Source: a virus | Strand: one strand, 5' to 3' | Length of the DNA stretch: 64,000 bases | Virus record (IMG/VR): IMGVR_UViG_3300023109_003600 | Location: 32,001 to 96,000 of that record | Part shown: positions 1 through 9,366 of the stretch, in pieces | Numbering within the stretch: the first letter of the stretch is position 1 | Layout: each line of letters begins with the position of its first letter | Position numbers and translations under genes: made by a program | Notes under the pieces: generated by a model | The model's database searches: none | Seen by the model: only the letters and a program-made list of their open reading frames with translations | What the model was told of the DNA's origin: nothing

Positions 1-1
1 A

Positions 2-1021
2 ATGGAGCAAATAATAGAAGAGAGAGGTAATAACCCTCAGACCGAATTCGGATTAATGGGTCCACACAAGAGTATCAATAACCTATATGGGTCCCTATTA
101 AGGCCAGGAAATATCACTGTTATAGTTTCTAGATCTGGAGTAGGGAAAACCACGTTCTGTTTGGATTACTGCACTAAGGTTTCACTCAAATATGATAACG
201 TTCCAGTTCTTCATTTTGATAATGGAGAAATGAGCGAAGAAGAAATAATGATGAGGCAGTGCGCTGCCCTATCTGGAGTGCCAATGCATTATCTTGAGAC
301 TGGCTCTTGGAGACAGAATCCAGAATTTGTAGATAAAGTAAGGAAAGTTTGGCCTCAAGTAAAGAATATGAAATTATATTATTACAACGTAGCAGGCCAG
401 TCGGTCGACCAAATGATAAATACAATGCGTAGATTCTATTTTTCTAAAGTGGGCAGGGGAAATAAAATGATATTTAGTTTCGATTACATAAAAACAACAT
501 CAGAGCAAAACAGCAACAACTTGTCGCACTGGCAGTTAGTAGGAGATATGGTAACAAAATTTAAAAATTTCATTCAAGACGAAATAGTATTTGAAGATGG
601 TCCAGTAATAGGAATGCTCACTAGCGTCCAATCAAATAGGTTGGGTATAACCAATAATAGGAATTCAGAAAATGTTGTTGACGACGAAAGCATAGTTTCG
701 CTTTCAGATCAAATCACTCAATTCAGCTCTCACTTATTTTCCTTAAGAAAAAAGACAATTGATGAACTAGCAGAAGATCCAGAGGGTTTTGGCACACACA
801 AATTAATATGCTTTAAGAATAGGTTTTTAGGGGAGGACGCACAAAGAGCTTTAAACGAAGTAGAGCTTCCTGACGGAAGAAAAAAGAAGAACTATATCAA
901 CCTAGAGCTTAATAATTTTGACATTAAAGACGTAGGAGATCTGAAGGATATGGTAGACTATCAAAATTCTAGCAATGTATCATTAGCTTCTAACGACGAA
1001 GAGTTTTCTCTCGACTTATGA
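2..1021 (+). CDS. dnaB: Replicative DnaB-like helicase (probably 5'-truncated by the window edge)
   Basis: Walker A SRSGVGKT, FDNGEMS, FDYIK, SVQSNR and KNRF motifs of the DnaB C-terminal domain; followed by primase. Confidence 0.9.
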   Translation: MEQIIEERGNNPQTEFGLMGPHKSINNLYGSLLRPGNITVIVSRSGVGKTTFCLDYCTKVSLKYDNVPVLHFDNGEMSEEEIMMRQCAALSGVPMHYLETGSWRQNPEFVDKVRKVWPQVKNMKLYYYNVAGQSVDQMINTMRRFYFSKVGRGNKMIFSFDYIKTTSEQNSNNLSHWQLVGDMVTKFKNFIQDEIVFEDGPVIGMLTSVQSNRLGITNNRNSENVVDDESIVSLSDQITQFSSHLFSLRKKTIDELAEDPEGFGTHKLICFKNRFLGEDAQRALNEVELPDGRKKKNYINLELNNFDIKDVGDLKDMVDYQNSSNVSLASNDEEFSLDL

Positions 1022-2040
1022 GTTCAGAGAAAACAGATGTAGATTTTGAATCAATTCTTGAAACACTTGGTTATAACTTAAACGATAGGGGTGAATACTG
1101 GCAAACTTCAGCTCTCTTTAGAGATGGAGATAACCCTACAGCTATACAAATTTATAAAAACTCAGGGGTATGGAAAGATTATGTAGAAGATTCAGGTTTT
1201 TTGCCATTCTCGGCCTTAGTTAAAAAAAGCAATCATGATTTATCCCAAGAAGAGTTAAAATCCATACTCAACAACGAAGAAACCAATGAAGCATTCATTA
1301 ATAAGCAAATATCTTCTTTCTCTTTTGAAGATATTTATAGCGACCTATGTCTTAATGACCTATTACCTCATTATAAATTTTATGAATCAAAAGGAGTTTC
1401 AAAAGATTTATTACAAGAAATTAGCTCAGGGCTGGCAACCAAAGGGCAAATGTATCAGAGATATGTATTCCCAATTAGAAATGAATACAAACAGATTCAT
1501 GGTTTCGCAGGAAGAGATATGTCAAATAAAGATGGTAGACCTAAATGGAAACACGTGGGGAAAAAAAGCAATTGGATTTACCCGCATTTTAATCTAAAAA
1601 ACAAAGGCTACTCTCAAGTTTTACTAGTAGAGAGCGTGGGAGATATGTTATCAATAAAAACTAATTCGAGTCATGATTGCCTAGTGACTTTCGGCTTGGA
1701 TGTCTCTCCAGCATTAATAACTTTTTTAATTTCAATAAACCCGCAAAAGATTATTCTTTCATTCAATAATGACTCTGAGTCTTCCAGCAATAGAGGTCTG
1801 CACGGCTCAATTAAAAATTACCTCAAATTATTATCCTACTTCGATCAATCTAAAATTAAAATTTGCTTACCAACAAAAAATGACTTCGGAGACATGGACA
1901 AAGAAGACTACAATAGCTTTAATAATAAGCTCGAAAACATTTTTGATAAAGATCAAAGACCTTATATAATTAAGTACTGCAAGAACAATAGCGGTTTCTC
2001 AAAAGCGTTGCTAAATAATTTAAAAAAAACTTTAACATGA
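1018..2040 (+). CDS. DNA primase (DnaG-like, TOPRIM)
   Basis: RYVFPIRN..GFAGR..PKW, LVESVGD and KNDFGD motifs; ATGA overlap with the helicase stop. Confidence 0.85.
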   Translation: MSSEKTDVDFESILETLGYNLNDRGEYWQTSALFRDGDNPTAIQIYKNSGVWKDYVEDSGFLPFSALVKKSNHDLSQEELKSILNNEETNEAFINKQISSFSFEDIYSDLCLNDLLPHYKFYESKGVSKDLLQEISSGLATKGQMYQRYVFPIRNEYKQIHGFAGRDMSNKDGRPKWKHVGKKSNWIYPHFNLKNKGYSQVLLVESVGDMLSIKTNSSHDCLVTFGLDVSPALITFLISINPQKIILSFNNDSESSSNRGLHGSIKNYLKLLSYFDQSKIKICLPTKNDFGDMDKEDYNSFNNKLENIFDKDQRPYIIKYCKNNSGFSKALLNNLKKTLT

Positions 2041-3092
2041 AAAAAGAAATGTCTCCACTCTCAGCGAGCAAAATTAAAACTTTACAAAGTTGTTCTTGGT
2101 CCTACTGGTGCAACTACCACTTAAAACTTCCAGACATTTCCAACGATGGAGCTTCAAGAGGAACAGTCTGTCACCAACTTTTTGAATGCTTAGGTAATCC
2201 AAGGCACAAAAAACACTATAACTCTATAATTAAAAGCGGAACAATTTGGAAGAATAAAGCGATAAGTAGATACATTAAAACTTTATCTAAGTCGCTAGAT
2301 GTAGATGATGAAGAAAATTTAACCTTAATTAACGATATGATTTTAAACGGATTAAGGTATGATTTTTTTGGAGATACAAGCAAAAAACCGTCAGAAGCAA
2401 TCTCAGAGAAATCTTTTTTAATAAAAGAAGATTCAGAAAACTTCAAGTATTCTATTAGAGGTTTTATCGATAAATTATTTTTGTATAAAAAGCAATCTCT
2501 GGCAATAATAAGAGACTTTAAAACAAGTAAAAAAGTTTTTGTAGGAAAGGATATTACCGATAACCTTCAAGCTTTAATGTATACTCTTGCTGTAAGTAAG
2601 TTGTACCCCAAAATTAAAAACAGAGACGCTGAGTTCTTATTTCTGAAATTCAACTTAGATAATGATATGCTAGGAGAAACTGGAGAAGGGGTTGTTAATA
2701 TATCAAACATTAGAGAAGCGGAACTCAAAGGTTTTGAATTTTTCTTGACTGAAATCCAGCAGGTAGTAGATAATTTTACGGAGGAAAATGCGAAATCCAA
2801 CCTTGCAGCAAAACAAGATTACCCTTCTGATGGAAGTTTTGGAGGCCCCCTATCTTGTGGATTCGCTAAAAAACCAGGGCAACTAAAGAAAGATGGAACA
2901 AAGATGTGGCACTGCCCTTATAAATTTCCGTATAATTATTTTGAATTAACTAACGAGAAAGGAGACTTAATTAAAACATCTATGGAAGAATCAAATCTTA
3001 ATGAATTAAAGAGAGACTCTGATACAATAGTTAAGAAGCACTATAAAGGCTGCCCCCATTGGACCAAACAGCAAGATGAATTTGATTTATGA
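2037..3092 (+). CDS. PD-(D/E)xK RecB/Cas4-like exonuclease
   Basis: LSASKI..CSW, GTVCH, GFIDKL, RDFKTS motifs and C-terminal cysteines (CGF, CPYK, GCP). Confidence 0.8.
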   Translation: MKKEMSPLSASKIKTLQSCSWSYWCNYHLKLPDISNDGASRGTVCHQLFECLGNPRHKKHYNSIIKSGTIWKNKAISRYIKTLSKSLDVDDEENLTLINDMILNGLRYDFFGDTSKKPSEAISEKSFLIKEDSENFKYSIRGFIDKLFLYKKQSLAIIRDFKTSKKVFVGKDITDNLQALMYTLAVSKLYPKIKNRDAEFLFLKFNLDNDMLGETGEGVVNISNIREAELKGFEFFLTEIQQVVDNFTEENAKSNLAAKQDYPSDGSFGGPLSCGFAKKPGQLKKDGTKMWHCPYKFPYNYFELTNEKGDLIKTSMEESNLNELKRDSDTIVKKHYKGCPHWTKQQDEFDL

Positions 3093-4093
3093 AGGTTAAT
3101 ATCATAGGTTGTGGTCTTTCTGGAGTCACTGCAGCTATCAAACTAAAAGAAAAAGGTCATAAAGTAGAAATTTTTGAGACAAGAAATCATATAGGAGGAA
3201 ATTGTTACGACCATGAACTTGAAGGGGTTATGGTTCATGAGTATGGATGCCACATTTTTCACACTAGTAACGAAAAAGTATGGGAATTCGTAAATAGATA
3301 CTCTGAATTTAATAATTATGTACATAAAACACGAGCGAATACTAAAGAAGGTTTAATCTCTATACCTTTTAGCAAAAAAACAATAGATCAAATAGGTAAA
3401 GATTTAAATAGCAAAGAAATTATAGATTTAATTTTTAAAGACTATTCAGAAAGACACTGGGGAATACCTTGGGAAAACCTCCCTAAATCAATATCAGGTA
3501 GGATAGCGAATAAAAGAAATAATTATGATGATAGGTATTTTACATCAAAGTACCAAGGCATACCTATAAACGGTTATAGCTCAATGTTTAATGCCATGCT
3601 TGATGGAATTAAAGTAAATTTATCTGTAGACAGGGATGCGTGGAAAAACCTTAAAGGAGATTTAACTATCTGGACCGCACCAATATCTCAATACTTTGAC
3701 TCTCAACTAGGTGAATTACCATATCGATCCTTAAGATTTGTACATAAAAAATCAAAAAGAGATAATGATAAATTTTCTTTTGATCTCGGTGGAGTAATTA
3801 ATGAATGTAATAAAAAACCATTTAATAGAACTTCTGATTCCTCTGTGTTCTTAGATCAACGTCCTGAGTATACTATACTCACAAAAGACTACCCAGAAGA
3901 ATACGTTCCAGGAAAAAATGAGCCCATTTATCCTAAAAATTTCACAGAAGGCGCCGAGCTATATCAAAAATACAAACAGCTCGCTAAAAACAAAAAAGAT
4001 GTGATATTTCTAGGTAGATTAGCAACTTATAAATATATAGATATGCATCAAGCTATAGGCGCAGCATTACAAGTTATTAACAAAATAAATTAG
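3089..4093 (+). CDS. glf: UDP-galactopyranose mutase
   Basis: GCGLSG FAD motif, HIGGNCYD, HEYGCHIFHT, YQGIP..GY, LPYRSL, GRLATYKYIDM. Confidence 0.93.
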   Translation: MKVNIIGCGLSGVTAAIKLKEKGHKVEIFETRNHIGGNCYDHELEGVMVHEYGCHIFHTSNEKVWEFVNRYSEFNNYVHKTRANTKEGLISIPFSKKTIDQIGKDLNSKEIIDLIFKDYSERHWGIPWENLPKSISGRIANKRNNYDDRYFTSKYQGIPINGYSSMFNAMLDGIKVNLSVDRDAWKNLKGDLTIWTAPISQYFDSQLGELPYRSLRFVHKKSKRDNDKFSFDLGGVINECNKKPFNRTSDSSVFLDQRPEYTILTKDYPEEYVPGKNEPIYPKNFTEGAELYQKYKQLAKNKKDVIFLGRLATYKYIDMHQAIGAALQVINKIN

Positions 4094-4096
4094 AAC

Positions 4097-4125
4097 TTGC
4101 AGTACACAAAAATAAGTGTTATACT
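4097..4125 (+). promoter_or_regulatory. sigma70-like promoter upstream of nrdA
   Basis: TTGCAG-17 nt-TATACT with TG extension. Confidence 0.55.
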
Positions 4126-4187
4126 TATTTCTTTTAACAAATTTAGCAACAAAAAACACAACACAAAATGACCGTGTACAAAGATAA

Positions 4188-6614
4188 ATGACCACCCCCA
4201 TGAACGTAAAAAAAAGAAACGGAAGATTAGAAGATTTTAATGTAGAAAAAATTAATGCATGCGCGCAAAGAGCATGCGAAGGCATAGATCACGTATCAGC
4301 TAGCGAAGTAGTTTTAGATGCCCAATTACAGTTATTTGATAAGATAAAAACTTCTGATATAGATAAAGCATTAATTCTTTCTGCTAGAGAAAAAATAGAA
4401 AAAGAACCAAATTATTCTTTCGCGGCAGCAAGCTTGCTTTTAAACACAGTATACAAGAAAGTATTTAAAGAAGGTGTTGATTCAGACACCTTTAAACTTC
4501 AATACAGAAAAAGCTTTATCCAGAATATTAAAAAACTAGTAAAAGAAGGTTTCTTAAATCCAAAATTATTAGATTACGATTTAGTTAAACTCTCAGAAGC
4601 GTTAAAAATAAGAAGAGATAAGTCTTTTAAATATCTAGGCATACAGATACTTACAGATAGATATTTTATCAGACAAAATGGAAAAATTATGGAAGCTCCA
4701 CAAAGCTTCTGGATGCGTGTATCTATGGGATTAGCTCTTAATGAAGAAAATAAAGAAGAGTGGGCGATAAAATATTACAATCTATTTAGTCAATTTTTAT
4801 ATACCTCATCAACCCCAACCCTTTTCAACAGTGGAACCACACATTCACAACTTAGTTCCTGTTATCTTAATACTTTTGATGACAGTATTGACGGTATCTT
4901 TGACGGAGCTTGGCAAGAAGCTAGAAAATCAAAGTTTGCTGGTGGTCTTGGTCTTGATGTTACCCCTTTTCGTTCTACAGGTTCTCATATTCAGGGAACT
5001 AATGGTATCTCTAGCGGTCTTGTTCCTTGGCTCAAAATATACAACGATCTCTTAGTTGCAGTTAATCAAGGAGGAAAGCGCCCAGGAGCAGGTTGTGCAT
5101 ATCTAGAACCTTGGCACTTAGACTTTGAAGACTTCTTAAACTTAAGAAGAAATACGGGGGATGATCGATTAAGATGCCACGATATGAATACAGCATCTTG
5201 GATTCCTGACGAATTCATGAGGAGAGTAAAAAACCAGCAAGATTGGTATTTCTTCGATCCAAAAGACTCAAAACTACATGATCTATTTGGCAAAGAATTC
5301 GACCATGCTTACAACGAGTTGATAGATTTAGCTGAAAATGGGCGCGTAGATAACTGGCGCAAAATACCAGCAAAAGAACTTTGGAAAAAAATGTTAAAAG
5401 TTCTCTTCGAAACCTCCCACCCTTGGAATACTTTTAAAGACCCGTGCAATATTAGATATACAAACCAACACGAAGGAGTAGTGCATAGTAGTAATCTATG
5501 CACCGAAATTACCCTCCATACAAAAGCATCAAAATATAAAGAAGGTAAAAAAATTAAAACAGGTGAGACGGCTGTCTGTAATTTAGGATCGTTAAACATA
5601 TTAAACCACCTAAAAGAAGATAATACCCTAGATTACGAAAAATTAAAATCAACAATACATACAGCGATCAGGGCTTTAGACAGCGTAGTAGACTTAAATT
5701 TTTACCCTACGGAAGAAGCTGAAAACAGCAATCTTCAGCACAGGCCAATAGGTTTAGGTCTAATGGCATTTCATGATGTCTGTCATAAAATGAACATTAA
5801 CATAGATAGCGAAGAAGCAATTCAGTTTAACGATAAACTTTTTGAATTCTATTCTTACCATGCTATTCTTGCAAGTTCTAAATTAGCAAAAGAAAAAGGT
5901 AAATACCAAACTTTTGAAGGTTCTTTATGGAGTCAAGATAAACTACCTATAGATTCTTACGCAGACTTAATGAAGTATAAGCGCAAAGATTTCGAAACAA
6001 AGACTTCGCTAGACTGGGATGTAGTTCGCAAGAGCATTGCAGAAAATGGAATGCGAAATAGTAATGTTATGGCAATCGCTCCAACAGCTACAATTGGTTA
6101 TATTAATGGAGTTGAACAAAGCATTGAACCAAACTTCTCAGTATTATTTGTATATGAAAACAAAAGTGGAAACTTTTACATCACAAACCCTCATTTCGTT
6201 CAAGATATGAAAGATGCAGGACTCTGGTCTCCTGAAGTTTCTGCCATGGTAAAAAATGCAGATGGAGATTTATCCTTGCTTGGCGAAGTAATACCAGAAA
6301 ACATTATAGATAAGTATAAAACAGCATTCGACAGAGACATGCTTAAATTAATTAAAGCAAACGGAGTTCGCCAAAAATGGATCGACCAAGCGGTAAGTTT
6401 TAATCTTTATAATAAATCTACATCCCTTAAATACTTAAATGACATATATATAGCATGCTGGGAAGAAGGATTAAAAACAACTTATTACCTAAGAAATAGA
6501 GCTGCATCTAAGGTTGAAAAATCCAACACTGATAGTTCGCCTAAAAGCAAAGAAGCTACAGCTTGCAGTATTGAGGCTATGAAAAATGGCGGCGAATGTG
6601 AGAGCTGTCAATGA
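4188..6614 (+). CDS. nrdA: Class I ribonucleotide reductase alpha subunit with N-terminal ATP cone
   Basis: VKKRNG ATP cone, TPTLFNSG, LSSCY, SNLCTEI, APTAT, KTTYYLR, terminal CESCQ. Confidence 0.97.
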   Translation: MTTPMNVKKRNGRLEDFNVEKINACAQRACEGIDHVSASEVVLDAQLQLFDKIKTSDIDKALILSAREKIEKEPNYSFAAASLLLNTVYKKVFKEGVDSDTFKLQYRKSFIQNIKKLVKEGFLNPKLLDYDLVKLSEALKIRRDKSFKYLGIQILTDRYFIRQNGKIMEAPQSFWMRVSMGLALNEENKEEWAIKYYNLFSQFLYTSSTPTLFNSGTTHSQLSSCYLNTFDDSIDGIFDGAWQEARKSKFAGGLGLDVTPFRSTGSHIQGTNGISSGLVPWLKIYNDLLVAVNQGGKRPGAGCAYLEPWHLDFEDFLNLRRNTGDDRLRCHDMNTASWIPDEFMRRVKNQQDWYFFDPKDSKLHDLFGKEFDHAYNELIDLAENGRVDNWRKIPAKELWKKMLKVLFETSHPWNTFKDPCNIRYTNQHEGVVHSSNLCTEITLHTKASKYKEGKKIKTGETAVCNLGSLNILNHLKEDNTLDYEKLKSTIHTAIRALDSVVDLNFYPTEEAENSNLQHRPIGLGLMAFHDVCHKMNINIDSEEAIQFNDKLFEFYSYHAILASSKLAKEKGKYQTFEGSLWSQDKLPIDSYADLMKYKRKDFETKTSLDWDVVRKSIAENGMRNSNVMAIAPTATIGYINGVEQSIEPNFSVLFVYENKSGNFYITNPHFVQDMKDAGLWSPEVSAMVKNADGDLSLLGEVIPENIIDKYKTAFDRDMLKLIKANGVRQKWIDQAVSFNLYNKSTSLKYLNDIYIACWEEGLKTTYYLRNRAASKVEKSNTDSSPKSKEATACSIEAMKNGGECESCQ

Positions 6615-6639
6615 GTAAAAATTCGTGTATATATAATAC

Positions 6640-6900
6640 ATGGATCTAGTCGAATTAAATAATAGAATACATTCTGCAACAAAATCAGAGTTACAATCTA
6701 ATTTATCTACATGGATAAGTAATATAAAAAGCATTCTTTCAGCAAATCGAACTGAAGACGAGCTTTATTATAAAAATCATACGGGCAGAGAATTATTTAG
6801 CAAGTTGTATAATTTCGGAATGACTTCTGAATTAACTACAATTAACGATACCTATGACGTAGGCTTTAGACCCACAACCGTAACAGGAATTAAAGTTTAA
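6640..6900 (+). CDS. Hypothetical protein between nrdA and nrdB
   Basis: 86 aa ORF filling the gap; GTGTA motif 10 nt upstream. Confidence 0.7.
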   Translation: MDLVELNNRIHSATKSELQSNLSTWISNIKSILSANRTEDELYYKNHTGRELFSKLYNFGMTSELTTINDTYDVGFRPTTVTGIKV

Positions 6901-6952
6901 TTTTTTTTCTTGTTATTGGTCTTTAATCGTGTTATAATCGTTATATATTAAT

Positions 6953-7966
6953 ATGAAAGAAAAAACTGGTGAAATTTTAGGTAAAGAACTTGGAGGCGTT
7001 AATCAAATACTTCCCCACAAACATAAGTATGTATGGGATTTATTTTTAAAAAGCTGTGCAAACAACTGGATGCCTACAGAAATATCTATGCAAAACGATA
7101 TTAAACAATGGAAAAATAATGAAATTACAGATGATGAAAAACTACTTGTTAAACGCTGTCTCGGATTTTTTGCTGGATCTGAGTCTCTGGTTGGCAATAA
7201 TCTTTTTACTGTGGCCGCTAGATTTATTACTGACCCTGAGTGCGGTCAGTACATCATGCGTCAAGGCTTTGAGGAAAGCCTTCACAACCACACGATAGTT
7301 TATATATGTGATAGCTTAGATCTAGACGTTAAAGAGGTTTACGAAGCTTATCAAAATATTGAAAGCATAAAAGCCAAGGATGATTTCTTAATGAATATTA
7401 CGACGGACGTTAATAGACAAGGCTTTAATCATGCAACAAAAGAGGGCAAGCAAGAGCTACTAAGAAATTTTTTAACCTACTGGATTGTATGCGAAGGAAC
7501 CTTTTTCTTTAGTGGTTTTGCTATGCTTCTAGCATTAGGTCGCCAAAATAAACTTCAAGGCATTTCAGATCAAATAAAATATACATTAAGAGACGAAACA
7601 AATCATATAGCTTTTGGAACATATGTTATTAAGAAAATCATCGAACAAGATCCTTCTATATGGACTCAAAAAATGCAAGACGAGTTCGTTGAACATATTA
7701 AAAAAGCAGTAGAGCTAGAAATTGCCTATGCGCACGACGTTCTTCCTACTGGAATACTTGGATTAAATGCTGACATGTTTGTAGACTATATGCACTTTAT
7801 CGGCAATAGAAGGCTAGAATCAATTGGTTTAGATTTTAGGTTCCCAAGCGACAATAATCCATTTCCTTGGCTCGGAGAAGTAGTAGACGTTCAAGCAATG
7901 GGTAATTTTTTCGAGAGAAGAGTTAGAGAATATCAGCAGAGCGGATCTTTAGAAGACGACTTTTAA
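6953..7966 (+). CDS. nrdB: Ribonucleotide reductase beta subunit, class Ic (R2c)-like
   Basis: ANNWMPTEI, FFAGSESLVGNN, EESLH, EGTFFFSGF, RDETNH, NFFERRVREY; upstream TTGTTA-17-TATAAT at 6910-6938. Confidence 0.95.
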   Translation: MKEKTGEILGKELGGVNQILPHKHKYVWDLFLKSCANNWMPTEISMQNDIKQWKNNEITDDEKLLVKRCLGFFAGSESLVGNNLFTVAARFITDPECGQYIMRQGFEESLHNHTIVYICDSLDLDVKEVYEAYQNIESIKAKDDFLMNITTDVNRQGFNHATKEGKQELLRNFLTYWIVCEGTFFFSGFAMLLALGRQNKLQGISDQIKYTLRDETNHIAFGTYVIKKIIEQDPSIWTQKMQDEFVEHIKKAVELEIAYAHDVLPTGILGLNADMFVDYMHFIGNRRLESIGLDFRFPSDNNPFPWLGEVVDVQAMGNFFERRVREYQQSGSLEDDF

Positions 7967-8376
7967 TGAGCGCTGCGGGGGTAGTTCTAATTTCTGACAA
8001 TTTAGTTCTGTTATGTAAGAGAATTTATTTCTGGGAAGGAATAAAAGTAAGTTACGGAGGTTACTGGTCTCCTTTCGCGGGATCAATAGAAGTTGGAGAA
8101 AGTCCAGAAGAAACAGCTAGAAGAGAACTAATTGAAGAATCTGGAATCGAATTACCCATAGAAATGTTTAAATTCAAAAAAGTTATTAACACAGATATTG
8201 AGTTTCATCTTTTTGTTATTGAATTAAACTCAATCCCACAAGTTAATCTATGCCAAGAACATACAGAACAAGGAATATTTAAAATAGAATTATTACACAC
8301 TTTAGAACCTGTAGATAGACAAGTAATACAAACAATTAAAGAATTTAAAAATAGAAATTTACAAGCGCTAGTCTAG
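7966..8376 (+). CDS. Nudix hydrolase
   Basis: Nudix box GSIEVGESPEETARRELIEESG. Confidence 0.9.
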   Translation: MSAAGVVLISDNLVLLCKRIYFWEGIKVSYGGYWSPFAGSIEVGESPEETARRELIEESGIELPIEMFKFKKVINTDIEFHLFVIELNSIPQVNLCQEHTEQGIFKIELLHTLEPVDRQVIQTIKEFKNRNLQALV

Positions 8377-8395
8377 AATATACTTTATTTTTATT

Positions 8396-9046
8396 ATGAA
8401 AACAAAAATCACTATACTTACGGCCTTTTTGGCCTTGATTTCTAACGTATGCCTGTTTGGAGCAGGAGCAGCTTCTCTGGGTTACTCCTCGGATTATGTA
8501 CGAAGAGGAGCTCTTGTTTCAGCAGAAGCTCTTCAAGCGTCTGCAGGTTATTCGGCAAGTGTTTCTGGTCTTGAGTTAAGCGGGTCCGTTTTCTCTAATC
8601 AGCCAACTGGCGTGGAAGAGGATACATATCTCATCAAAGGAGGCGCAGGAGTACAATTAGGAGAACTTCTTAACCTGTACGTCGGACTTGAGCATTTTGA
8701 AGCTCTTAATGGAGACGCAGATTTAGACGTAGCTGTAGAAGCTGGATTTAGCTCTGTTTTAAATCCTAACCTATACATTGCAAGAGATACTGACGACGAC
8801 CTTTATACTTTTGAAGGTTCCGTATCTCACGATGTCACCCTGCAAGACCTTACCGTGAGCCTTGGAGCTTTATATGGCTATACAGACCTGACAGAAACAA
8901 CGGATGAGACTTACTATGTTCTTAGCGCAGGAACATCTGTTAGCATTTCTGAATCAGCAGATATTGAGTTAACATATGACTATGTTGATTCTGATTTATC
9001 TCTTGAAGATAATGTATTTGGAATCGCTCTTAACGTAAACTTTTAA
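8396..9046 (+). CDS. Outer-membrane beta-barrel protein (TorF/TIGR02001-like)
   Basis: Signal peptide, YSSDYVRRG motif, amphipathic strands, C-terminal LNVNF beta-signal. Confidence 0.75.
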   Translation: MKTKITILTAFLALISNVCLFGAGAASLGYSSDYVRRGALVSAEALQASAGYSASVSGLELSGSVFSNQPTGVEEDTYLIKGGAGVQLGELLNLYVGLEHFEALNGDADLDVAVEAGFSSVLNPNLYIARDTDDDLYTFEGSVSHDVTLQDLTVSLGALYGYTDLTETTDETYYVLSAGTSVSISESADIELTYDYVDSDLSLEDNVFGIALNVNF

Positions 9047-9064
9047 TTACTAATTAATAATATT

Positions 9065-9307
9065 ATGGAAAACATCATCAAAACACTCAAGACTGCAATT
9101 AGTGGTCTTTTCGGATTACTAGTATCAATCGTAGGCTTGCTTATTGTAGCTCAAGTCGTCTTCGGAGAAGCTGCAGGAATGAACGTCATCGGAAACCTAC
9201 AGGCAATTGTCTCTGGTTTTGTCGGTCCAGGAGCTAGCCTCGCTGGATTAGTTACCCTCTTATTAATTGTAGGGTTACTAAACAACAACTGTTGTAAAAA
9301 AGATTAA
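9065..9307 (+). CDS. Small hydrophobic membrane protein
   Basis: Two hydrophobic Gly-rich helices separated by NVIGNL. Confidence 0.8.
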   Translation: MENIIKTLKTAISGLFGLLVSIVGLLIVAQVVFGEAAGMNVIGNLQAIVSGFVGPGASLAGLVTLLLIVGLLNNNCCKKD

Positions 9308-9322
9308 TTAAAATTTAATCAT

Positions 9323-9349
9323 AAAAAGCCGCCATTTGGCGGCTTTTTT
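9323..9349 (+). terminator. Rho-independent (bidirectional-type) terminator
   Basis: AAAAAGCCGCCA-TT-TGGCGGCTTTTTT. Confidence 0.9.
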
Positions 9350-9366
9350 GTGTAAACATATAAGAT

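Noticed and set aside
2037-3092. Cas4-like nuclease suggesting CRISPR-Cas
   Set aside because: No repeat-spacer array or other cas genes were seen; solo Cas4/RecB-like nucleases are common in phage replication modules.
4104-4178. NrdR-box-like imperfect palindromes (ACACAAAAATAAGTGT; ACACAAAATGACCGTGT) upstream of nrdA
   Set aside because: Central positions deviate from the consensus and the spacing is not the usual tandem arrangement; they can be explained by overlapping promoter motifs.
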